NCBI GenBank assembly: GCA_963801355.1
Contig: CAWDEM010000008.1
Location: 2,112,001-2,176,000, forward strand
DNA length: 64,000 nt
Direction: 5' to 3'
Source: Ignavibacteriota bacterium
GTDB taxonomy: Bacteria; Bacteroidota; Ignavibacteria; UBA10030; UBA6906
The stretch's first letter is position 1; each line of letters opens with the position of its first letter. The position numbers were made by a program, and so were the translations under genes. Positions 56,219-64,000 of the stretch are shown piece by piece. The notes under the pieces are model-generated. The model ran no database searches and was not told the origin of the DNA. It saw only the letters and a program-made list of their open reading frames with translations.

Positions 56219-57094
56219 ATGAACATGATCCGACACCTTCTTCCTTTTCTCCTGTTGATGGTTTTCGGTAACGCGGCAATAGTGCAGGACACACGCCTCG
56301 CTCCCGGCAAGACATTCATGGTATCCGATATACTTGAGCGTGCAGGCATCGTCGGCACGCACAGCGATTTCCATGGCTACGATTGTTGCGAATTCCTTTT
56401 TGAGGGACGTACAGCAAGGATCGTCCGGCCTTACGTCATGCATGAGGGGCGACCCTGGATCTGGCGCGCGCGCTTTTGGGAACATGAGCCGCAGACGGAA
56501 GTCGCTCTGCTCGCGAAGGGCTTTCACGTCGTCTTCTGTGATGTCTCCGAACTTTATGGCAATCCGGAAGCGATCGGGGTCTGGGACAGATTCTACAGAA
56601 TGCTTGTCGACGCCGGACTATGTAAAAAGGCAGTCCTGGAGGGTCTTAGCCGCGGCGGTATCTATATCTACAGGTGGGCAGCAATGTATCCGGAACGCGT
56701 GGCGTGCGTGTATGCTGACGCGCCCGTCCTCGACGTCCGCAGCTGGCCCGGGGGAAAAGGAAAGAGCGGCGGCAACCCCGAGGAATGGGAGCGGCTGAAG
56801 CGTAACTTCGGACTGCGCACGGAGGAAGAAGCCCTTACGTTCAGGGGAAGTCCGATCGACCTCGCAGACACCCTGGCGCGTGCTGGCTTCCCGATACTCC
56901 ACGTGTGCGGGGATGCTGATCTGACTGTCCCCATGGAAGAAAACACCGATATTTTTGAGCAGCGGATCCTGGCTGCGGGAGGCCGGATCAAAGTCATCCG
57001 GAAACCCGGCGTCGGGCATCATCCTCATAGTCTTGTGGATCCTCAGCCCATCGTCGACTTCATCCTGGAAGCGACGCAACCGGTGTCCAGGTAG
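56219..57094 (+). CDS. Exported alpha/beta-hydrolase (putative esterase)
   Basis: Signal peptide; WIWRARFW, EGLSRGG nucleophile elbow, GDAD..VP, GHHPHS. Confidence 0.8.
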   Translation: MNMIRHLLPFLLLMVFGNAAIVQDTRLAPGKTFMVSDILERAGIVGTHSDFHGYDCCEFLFEGRTARIVRPYVMHEGRPWIWRARFWEHEPQTEVALLAKGFHVVFCDVSELYGNPEAIGVWDRFYRMLVDAGLCKKAVLEGLSRGGIYIYRWAAMYPERVACVYADAPVLDVRSWPGGKGKSGGNPEEWERLKRNFGLRTEEEALTFRGSPIDLADTLARAGFPILHVCGDADLTVPMEENTDIFEQRILAAGGRIKVIRKPGVGHHPHSLVDPQPIVDFILEATQPVSR

Positions 57095-57150
57095 CGGCAG
57101 GGCGGGTCCAGCATGAACCCGCTCCACTCGTCGTGTCCTTGCCGGAGATC

Positions 57151-57936
57151 TCAGGTTCGAACCCAGCGCGCCGAGCTCGTTTTTCGCAGGCCCAGCAATT
57201 GAAGAAAGAAATTGAACAGAAAAATCAGATTCTGGACGGTATAGCGTTTGAAGAGACGGAAGAAGTCCTTGCTGAGCAACCGGAACAGCCACTCAAAACC
57301 GGATTTGCGAATGTAGACCGGAGCCATCTTTATCCTTCCGCCAAAGAAGTCAAAGGTTGCACCGGCCGCCAGCATGACGGTCCCTTTGATGCGATAGATG
57401 TGATCCTCTATCCAGTAATCCTGCTTGGGCGTTCCCAGTCCGATGAAAATAATGTCCGGATGCAACGCGTTTATTTCCTGCACAATGTTCTCGTCTTCTT
57501 CCGGGGTCAGGGCTCTGAACGGCGGTGACATCGTGCCGACAATCTGCATATGCGGAAATCTCGCCTCGAGGTTTTCCTTCATCTTGGACAGCACTTCCGG
57601 ACTCCCACCATATAAGTAGAATCTGTAGTTGGTTTCCTTTGCGTGTTCGGCCAATTGGAGTATGATCTCTGCGGCACAGAGATGATCACATGGCATGCGC
57701 AGGATGTACCGGATCCAGTAGACGAACGGAATGCCGTCCACGCCCGCGATATCCGCACCATTGTAGATATTCCGGAGACGCTCGTTCTTTATCGCCAGCG
57801 TGGTGCAGTTCGCATTGATGGTCGCAATGTGAAAAGACCGCTCGGGTTTGCCGGCAAGCCAGCCGTCAATCTTCTTGAGCATCTGTTCATAAGTCATCGC
57901 GTCCAGCCACAGATCCAGAAACTGTGCTGTGTTCAT
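57151..57936 (-). CDS. WecB/TagA/CpsF glycosyltransferase (GT26)
   Basis: ATIN, DGIP, YLYGG, SPPFR, IFIGLGTPKQD, GATFDF, GFEWLFRL. Confidence 0.92.
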   Translation of the reverse strand: MNTAQFLDLWLDAMTYEQMLKKIDGWLAGKPERSFHIATINANCTTLAIKNERLRNIYNGADIAGVDGIPFVYWIRYILRMPCDHLCAAEIILQLAEHAKETNYRFYLYGGSPEVLSKMKENLEARFPHMQIVGTMSPPFRALTPEEDENIVQEINALHPDIIFIGLGTPKQDYWIEDHIYRIKGTVMLAAGATFDFFGGRIKMAPVYIRKSGFEWLFRLLSKDFFRLFKRYTVQNLIFLFNFFLQLLGLRKTSSARWVRT

Positions 57937-59030
57937 AGGAGGATGTTCCTGTAGATAGTCTCGATCCGTGCCCTGACAATTGATCCGGAAAAATGAGCTT
58001 GTGCATAGGTGTAGTTATAGCGGGAGATATCCTCATACAGGTCACGGCGTTCGTACAACTCGCCGATGAATGCGGCGAACTCCTCGGGATCTTTGCTTTC
58101 CGTCGCGAACCCGTGCTTTCGCTGGACGAAGAAATCCCTGATCCCCCCGACCGATCGCGTCACCACGGGCAACCCGACAGCCATGGCTTCCACGAGGGAA
58201 ATCGGAAAGCCCTCTGAATATGACGGGAGGAATAGCACGGAGCTCCCGGCCAGGAGGTTTTGTTTCTGTCCGGCCTGTATGTAGCCCAGCATCACGGCAG
58301 CATGCAGACCCGATTTCTCCACCCGGGCCCGGACCCTCGCATACTCTTCGCCGTCCCCTGCAACAAGCAGCCGCATGCGCGGATACTTCCGGGTCAATAA
58401 CTCAAACGTCTCCAGCGTTTCGTAAATACCCTTCTCCTTGATGAGCCTTGCAAAGAAGAGAATGTCGAAGGTGCTATTGAGTCGACGGGCGATCGCCTTC
58501 TCGATGGCAAAACCCTCCATGAGTGTTTCTTCAAAAGCAGTCGTCTCAACGACCACTCTGTCTTCCTGAAACCCCCACGCCACCAGCGTTTTCTTGAAGT
58601 CTTGTGCCAGGACAACCGTCGCGTCCGCCTTCCTGAAAATATAACAGAAGAGTCGAAGCCTCCACCCTGTAAGGCTTTCGGCGAAGGGCAGCTCCCAGCC
58701 GTGAAAGAACACCACGGTGTGATTCCCCAACAGATGCCCCCCGATGAACATGAACACCGCATCCCTCCACACTCCCCGGAAGTTCAGTGATGGGTTCACA
58801 TGAATCACATCGAACTTTCCTTGAATGAGAGCCCGTGTAAACCGCAGGTAGTCACCGAGCAGGCGGACGAAGGCAAGATGGAACCCCTTTTCGTCCGGAC
58901 GCCGCCCGTTGATGAAATGTGTGACATCCACCGACTCAAACGGCTCCAGGATCTTGAAGAAACTGGCCACGCCGCCCGGATCCCGCGCATCCGGATGGAC
59001 AATGAGCACTTTCGGTTTTGCTGTCATCAT
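57933..59030 (-). CDS. Glycosyltransferase family 4
   Basis: GGVAS, ARLIKEKG, LPSYSEGFPISLVEAMAVGLPVV..VGGI. Confidence 0.92.
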   Translation of the reverse strand: MMTAKPKVLIVHPDARDPGGVASFFKILEPFESVDVTHFINGRRPDEKGFHLAFVRLLGDYLRFTRALIQGKFDVIHVNPSLNFRGVWRDAVFMFIGGHLLGNHTVVFFHGWELPFAESLTGWRLRLFCYIFRKADATVVLAQDFKKTLVAWGFQEDRVVVETTAFEETLMEGFAIEKAIARRLNSTFDILFFARLIKEKGIYETLETFELLTRKYPRMRLLVAGDGEEYARVRARVEKSGLHAAVMLGYIQAGQKQNLLAGSSVLFLPSYSEGFPISLVEAMAVGLPVVTRSVGGIRDFFVQRKHGFATESKDPEEFAAFIGELYERRDLYEDISRYNYTYAQAHFSGSIVRARIETIYRNILL

Positions 59031-59100
59031 GCAAACATCCTGTGCCTGTGCGGCATCAAGATACTCATAACGTTTTGTCTGTGCAAGATAAGGCGGATAT

Positions 59101-60144
59101 TTAGAAAGAGGAGACAGTGATCATGGCCTTCATGACACCCTCCCTGTAATTCGCCACGAGTTCGAAGGCTTGTGCTGTCTTTTCCAGCGGAAAACGGTGG
59201 GTCACCATTGCATCCATCTCAATCCTGCGAAGAGCGAGCAAGTCAATTGCTTTCTGTGTGCAATGAACCTGTCTGCGAATGTTGATGACGGTGATTTCCT
59301 TCCGCCGCAATTCATGAATAGGGAATGAAATGTCATCCGTCTCCGGAATCCCGATGAGTACCAGACTCCCGCCCGGCTTCAACACTGCGATGGACTGACC
59401 GATTGCCGCCGGGTCACCGCTGCATTCATAGACGATGTCCAGGTGCAGGGGCTCACGGCGTTCAATTTCCCGCACAACGTCAATGCGCTCCGGGTTTCCG
59501 TACCATGCCGGGTGGAGTGGACCTGCCATCGCCAGACGTTCATCACGCTTGTCCGTTATGTACACCGACCCCACGGACGTCGTGCGCAGCATGTGGAACA
59601 CGCACATGCCAATGGGACCGACGCCAATGACGGCAACATTTGCCTTCGCTGTAAGGGGAGACCGTTCGACAGCATACAGAGCAATCGCCAATGGTTCAGA
59701 CAGTGTTGCCTGTTCGAATGTCATTTGCTCAGGCATCGGATAGCAGCATTGTTCAGGGATCACGGCATATTCACGCAGACACCCCTCAAGTTGGAGCGGG
59801 GATCCCATGAAGCGGATTGACCGGCAGGTGTGTTCCCTGCCGGCTGTGCATTGGTCGCACTCTCCACAGGAAACAGCAGGATCAATGGCGATCCGTTGCC
59901 CGGGTTTCACTCTCGCCACGTGAGTTGCGACGCGTTCCACGATGCCCGCCGCCTCATGACCGAGGATGAATGGGAACTGAACAACTTGAGAACCGATCCG
60001 GCCGTGAGTGAAATAATGGATGTCCGATCCGCAGACACCCACGGTTTGAATCTTCACAAGCACGTCGGTGTCATTCACAATCTCGGGATCCGACACTGTT
60101 CGTGTTTCGAATCGTCCTCTTCCCACGAGGAAGGCTGCTTTCAT
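59101..60144 (-). CDS. Zinc-dependent polyol/alcohol dehydrogenase (sorbitol dehydrogenase-like MDR)
   Basis: GVCGSDIHY, LGHEAAG, CGECDQC...C, EPLA, GVGPIG; start at ATG 60144 after AGGAG. Confidence 0.9.
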   Translation of the reverse strand: MKAAFLVGRGRFETRTVSDPEIVNDTDVLVKIQTVGVCGSDIHYFTHGRIGSQVVQFPFILGHEAAGIVERVATHVARVKPGQRIAIDPAVSCGECDQCTAGREHTCRSIRFMGSPLQLEGCLREYAVIPEQCCYPMPEQMTFEQATLSEPLAIALYAVERSPLTAKANVAVIGVGPIGMCVFHMLRTTSVGSVYITDKRDERLAMAGPLHPAWYGNPERIDVVREIERREPLHLDIVYECSGDPAAIGQSIAVLKPGGSLVLIGIPETDDISFPIHELRRKEITVINIRRQVHCTQKAIDLLALRRIEMDAMVTHRFPLEKTAQAFELVANYREGVMKAMITVSSF

Positions 60145-60224
60145 GCCGCTCCTGAAGTTAGTGATAACGATCGGCTTTACCGTCTGCAGGCAAGAAACAA
60201 CAAAGAACGTCAACCTTCCGCTGC

Positions 60225-61595
60225 CTACCGCGTACGCACGTTCATGTCCGTTTCACCGTTGTCAAACTGCCCGATCAATTCTATGACCTTTCCCGTGCTG
60301 TCTCGCCGGAACTGAATGCGAAAGTAGTCAAGCGTCTGGACCATGTACCTGTCCCCTCCCATCGGAATCAGTCGGTACTCCGGCCGACCCTCCCGCCGGT
60401 ACTGCAGCGAACCGTTTTCGAAGCGCACTGAGCGAGGACCGTACGTGCCGGCGCACGCGCGCGCCACGGAATCAGACTGCGCAACAGGATTCATCTCCGC
60501 GGCGAGTCCGTCAAGCAGCCAGACGAGCTTCCCTTTTTTCGACTCGTCCTTCGTCTTCCGGATCAACTCCTTCAACGCTTCGGTGCGGGCAACGAGCAGT
60601 GCCCTCTCTGTAGGAATCTTCAAATCGGGTTCCACTCCCACCCCTTCCCAGTTCGTTCCCGTCACCGGGTTCACCGCGCGACCGTAGGGAACGGAGAGTC
60701 CGACATTCAGGCTCTGAAACACGCACAGATTCACCGGGTGCGCTCCTCCACCCGTGGTTTCTCCAATGATTGTTCCCCGCTTCAGGTTCTTCAGATTATA
60801 GGCGAACTCCTCCGCCCCCGAAAATGTAGACGTACTGGTGAGCACGTACACAGGGATCGCCGTCATCTTCTGCCCCTCCACAAAATCCTGCGTCCAGAAT
60901 TGCTGCGTTGAATCCCCTTTGCGGATGTAGAAACTGTTAAGGTGCACGGGATCTTCAAATAGGTAGCTGGAGATCAGCTGGATCATGGAGGGATTTCCGC
61001 CACCATTCTGGCGAAGGTCAAAAATCAGCGCATCAGAGTGGGCGAGGAAATTCATTGCAGCAATCGCGGTGGCACCGCCGTACTTCGCCTCGGCAAAGAA
61101 GCGAAAGTCAAGGTACCCGATGTTACCGGCAAGGATTTCAACCTTCTGGAAGCCAAAATTCTGCGCGCGGAGCCGTTCGAGCCTTCGCTGTTGCTGCACT
61201 TCCGGCGCGAGTGCTACCTCCTCCCTCTGGCTTCCCGGTGGTATATATCGGACTCCCAGGTGCCTGTCGTGGCTGACGGAGCGAAGGTCTTCGGTCATCC
61301 TCTCTGCAAAGTCGGCAGGATCGGTGATCTCCCGATAGACACCCGCCTTGAGGTTCTTGCGCAGCAAGGCATCCATCTTCTCCGCGACTGCCGGGAAGAC
61401 ATATTCTTCCCGGAGCGCAGCGCTCACGGAGTCAATTATTGAGGCCTGGGTTTTCCGGTCCATGGGCGGCACGGGTGCGGGCTGCTGCTGCCCATGCGTT
61501 TGGAATGCCATGACCGTGAGTAGAAGCAGGGCGATTGGAGCGGGATGGAGAGCAGGTAACCATCTCGGGGCGGAAAACGCGGCTCCATGGATCAT
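60225..61595 (-). CDS. S41 family peptidase (IRBP-like)
   Basis: SHDRHL, GNIGYL, LIFDLRQNGGG, TFSGAEEFAY, IGETTGGGAHP, NWEGVGVEPD. Confidence 0.9.
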   Translation of the reverse strand: MIHGAAFSAPRWLPALHPAPIALLLLTVMAFQTHGQQQPAPVPPMDRKTQASIIDSVSAALREEYVFPAVAEKMDALLRKNLKAGVYREITDPADFAERMTEDLRSVSHDRHLGVRYIPPGSQREEVALAPEVQQQRRLERLRAQNFGFQKVEILAGNIGYLDFRFFAEAKYGGATAIAAMNFLAHSDALIFDLRQNGGGNPSMIQLISSYLFEDPVHLNSFYIRKGDSTQQFWTQDFVEGQKMTAIPVYVLTSTSTFSGAEEFAYNLKNLKRGTIIGETTGGGAHPVNLCVFQSLNVGLSVPYGRAVNPVTGTNWEGVGVEPDLKIPTERALLVARTEALKELIRKTKDESKKGKLVWLLDGLAAEMNPVAQSDSVARACAGTYGPRSVRFENGSLQYRREGRPEYRLIPMGGDRYMVQTLDYFRIQFRRDSTGKVIELIGQFDNGETDMNVRTR

Positions 61596-61682
61596 ACCGT
61601 ATGCCTTCCTGGTGAGTGGCCGTGTCGGGAATGTCTATGGCTGCTGTTGCCGGCAAATGTAGATGAGGACCGGTCTTGACTT

Positions 61683-63158
61683 TCACACGTGTTCGTGGTA
61701 CTTCTTGAAGTGCTCCTCCTTCGCACTCGCCACCCACCCTTCACGCCGGATCCGGCCGTGAAACTGTTCCAGCTCAGCGTCTACGCGATCGATGTCTTCG
61801 TCCGTCCAGCGTGCTACGTCTCTGAAGTAATAGACCCCCAGGTTGTTCAGCAGCCTCTCCAGCACCGCACCGACACCGTAGATCTTTTTCAAGTCGTCTT
61901 TGTCTTTGGGAGGCCATGCAGGTCTCTTTGGCGCCGCCTCCAATTCCTTGATCCGGGCAAGCAACCGGGAGATTTCATCATCTTTCTCCCGCGCCATGGA
62001 GACATAACGAGAATTCCATTCGGCGAGCAGTGGTTCCAATTCACGGATGCGCACGTCGAGACGGCCGATCTGATCGTCCTTTTCGCTTGTCAGGGTCGCC
62101 AGTCGACTTTCCAGTTCCCGAATGTGCGCCTTTCCGCTCTCCAGCTCACCGGCGAGCGCCTCAAGTTCCCCGATGCGCCCCCGCTGTCGCGTGACTTCCT
62201 TCTCTAAGGGATCCAGCAAAGAAATGCGTTGTCGCAATCGTCCAAGCTCTTCATCGTTGAGCCGCGCGAGTTCGTAATACCGGTTTTCCCAATCACGTAA
62301 GGCATTGTCGCTTTCATCCACGCGAGAGATGAGTGGTTCCAGTTCACCGATGCGCCACTGGAGCTTTGAAAGGGCCTCGTCTTTTTCGCTCGCCAGAGCT
62401 TGATACCGCCCTTCCCAATCGCGCAGCTGAATATCGCGTTCACTCAGTCGTGCGCTCACCCCCTCAAGTTCGGTCAACCGGCTTTTCAGTCGCGCAATCT
62501 CCGCATCTTTCTCGGAGGTGACAGAAGCCAGACGAGCCTGGGCTTCCTTCACCTGTGCCTCCCGGCTCTGAAGTCGGTCGGTAAGAGGCTCAAGATCATG
62601 GATGCGCTGGTGTAGGCGCAACGCGTCGTTGTCCTTGCTGCGCAACGCCGCAGCGTAGTTGCCTTCAATGTCCCTGATGTGCGCATCGCGGGACTTGATC
62701 TGTTCATTGAGCGTATCCAGCTCGGCCAGCCGATCCTCCAGTTGCCTGATCTCACCGTCCTTCGCTGCAATTGCTGCATCCCGCTCTCTGAGTTGCAGAG
62801 GCAGTGGTTCAAGCTCGGCCAGCCTGGCAAGAGACGTTGTGCACTCCGTTTCTTTCCCCGCCAGCCGTATTCGCACGGTAGCAAGTTCGGCGGATACAGC
62901 GGCATGGTCCTTTGCCTTCGCATCCAGCGATGTTTGAAGAGCACCGAGGCGTGTTTTGTATGACGAGGACTCCTCTTTGGCTGCCAACCGCCCGGCTGTC
63001 AGGTCTTGCTCCTGCTCTCGAAGTTTCGCTTCCCATTGCGCGTTGAGGGCCTCGCGTTTCCCGCGGCCGAGCAATTGTGAAAGCAGCCAGCCGACGATGA
63101 ATCCGATGAGGGCAGCAAGAACCAAACACACGACAATTTCTGCTATGATCGTCACCAT
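61683..63158 (-). CDS. Membrane-anchored coiled-coil protein with a C-terminal helix-hairpin-helix domain (COG3743-like)
   Basis: N-terminal TM; ~380 aa of heptad pattern; DDLKKIYGVGAVLERLLNNLGVYYFRDVARWT...GRIRREGWVASA. Confidence 0.8.
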   Translation of the reverse strand: MVTIIAEIVVCLVLAALIGFIVGWLLSQLLGRGKREALNAQWEAKLREQEQDLTAGRLAAKEESSSYKTRLGALQTSLDAKAKDHAAVSAELATVRIRLAGKETECTTSLARLAELEPLPLQLRERDAAIAAKDGEIRQLEDRLAELDTLNEQIKSRDAHIRDIEGNYAAALRSKDNDALRLHQRIHDLEPLTDRLQSREAQVKEAQARLASVTSEKDAEIARLKSRLTELEGVSARLSERDIQLRDWEGRYQALASEKDEALSKLQWRIGELEPLISRVDESDNALRDWENRYYELARLNDEELGRLRQRISLLDPLEKEVTRQRGRIGELEALAGELESGKAHIRELESRLATLTSEKDDQIGRLDVRIRELEPLLAEWNSRYVSMAREKDDEISRLLARIKELEAAPKRPAWPPKDKDDLKKIYGVGAVLERLLNNLGVYYFRDVARWTDEDIDRVDAELEQFHGRIRREGWVASAKEEHFKKYHEHV

Positions 63159-63161
63159 GGC

Positions 63162-64000
63162 CTACTCTCCTTGTAAGAGATGGAATTCAATGCGACGATT
63201 TGCCAGCCTCCCCGGCTGCGTGGCGTTGCTGGCAACGGGCTTTGTCGAACCATAGCCAACGGGTTTGAGTCGCTCCGGCCGGACGCCTTTTGCCACACAG
63301 TATTCCCTGACGGATGCAGCGCGCGCCTGGCTGAGCGCACGGTTCTCCGATTCCTTCCCTCTGGAGTCTGTGTGACCGGCAATCTCAATTGTAGCATCTT
63401 CGATACTCTGGATGATCGGAATGAGACTGTCGAGAATGGCAGCGCCATCCTGAGTGATGCGAGCCGAGTTGATCTCGAACTCAATCGTTCTCCCCCTCAG
63501 TTTGTCGTCGAGCTTTCCCTGAACGAGGGCAAGTTGAGCTTCGCGCGCGACCACCACGAGCTGATCCTTCACCGTAAGAGCGTTGTCCACCGCTGCAACC
63601 GCCTTCTGAAGGATATCTGCCTTTGCCTCTGTAGATGCTACTTCTCCTCTCAGTGTCAGTGTGTCCCCGGATATCCGCATACCCGGATTGTCGACGCTGC
63701 GAGCGAGCAGAGGCATGACAGCGAGTGCCTCGTCCATCCAACCCGGCTCCCCAACTCTATCGGCGACGCGTAGCTGGTCGGTCACAAGCCCAGCACCGAA
63801 CACGATCCGGGCATTGGTGACAAATTGCTTTCTTGTCGCATCGTCGGGCATCACGCCATTCACGATGATTCTTCCCGCACCAGCAGAAAGATCTACGAAA
63901 GGGGGCGCGTCAATTCGCGCGTTCAGGATGCTCCCGGCGTGAGTCCATACACAGAGGACTGCCAGGATGATGAGCGCAAGGAGGCCCAACCCGAGGATGG
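63162..64000 (-). CDS. BON-like + OmpA-C domain protein (Rv0899/ArfA-like architecture); 5' end outside the window
   Basis: TM; IIVNGVMPD and LTLRGEVAS BON-like units; IEFEINSA, IAGHTDSRG...NRALSQARA..V, GYG..KPVASN...GRLANRRIEF. Frame is open to the window end. Confidence 0.88.
   Translation of the reverse strand, partial: ILGLGLLALIILAVLCVWTHAGSILNARIDAPPFVDLSAGAGRIIVNGVMPDDATRKQFVTNARIVFGAGLVTDQLRVADRVGEPGWMDEALAVMPLLARSVDNPGMRISGDTLTLRGEVASTEAKADILQKAVAAVDNALTVKDQLVVVAREAQLALVQGKLDDKLRGRTIEFEINSARITQDGAAILDSLIPIIQSIEDATIEIAGHTDSRGKESENRALSQARAASVREYCVAKGVRPERLKPVGYGSTKPVASNATQPGRLANRRIEFHLLQGE

Noticed and set aside
57151-59030. GT26 and GT4 as part of the poly-gamma-glutamate anchoring system
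   Set aside because: Separated by three genes with changes of orientation; no evidence of linkage.
59101-60144. Xylitol dehydrogenase as part of the xylan pathway
   Set aside because: It lies 14 kb from the locus in a different gene run, the xylA/xylB route is complete, and the substrate cannot be read from the sequence.

Overview
A GC-rich (roughly 55-62% by eye) bacterial chromosome segment, most likely from an Ignavibacteria-like member of the FCB group. This placement rests on seven proteins ending in a T9SS-type 'NYPNPFNP...K/RMxLxK' sorting domain, together with canonical sigma70 promoters and GGAG Shine-Dalgarno sites unlike those of Bacteroidia. From left to right the window holds: (1) a truncated TonB-dependent receptor and a divergent cspA; (2) a secreted amidase and a SpoIID/LytB protein; (3) a ~40 kb minus-strand xylan utilisation locus (5660-45382) with xylB, a GH115-GH43 fusion, four GH10 xylanases (one frameshifted), GH67, a GH120-like beta-helix protein, CE4, GH43-CBM6, GH35, an FG-GAP protein, a TonB receptor with no SusD partner, xylA, a lower-GC cytoplasmic PfkB/GH3/GH116 block, LacI and a GPH symporter, plus a visible promoter and operator; (4) an eight-gene poly-gamma-glutamate-type operon (apparently exported racemase, DctM-like permease, unannotated 48-aa membrane protein, deacylase, DUF6305-like protein, pgsB, pgsC, pgsW) with a divergent M14 carboxypeptidase; (5) GH18, an esterase, two glycosyltransferases, a Zn-dependent dehydrogenase, an S41 peptidase, a coiled-coil/HhH protein and a BON-OmpA protein. 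The best candidates for an undescribed system are the extended pgsBCW operon and the SusD-less, T9SS-based xylan locus. No rRNA, tRNA, CRISPR array or transposase was recognised. All family calls come from motif recognition by eye, not database searches.
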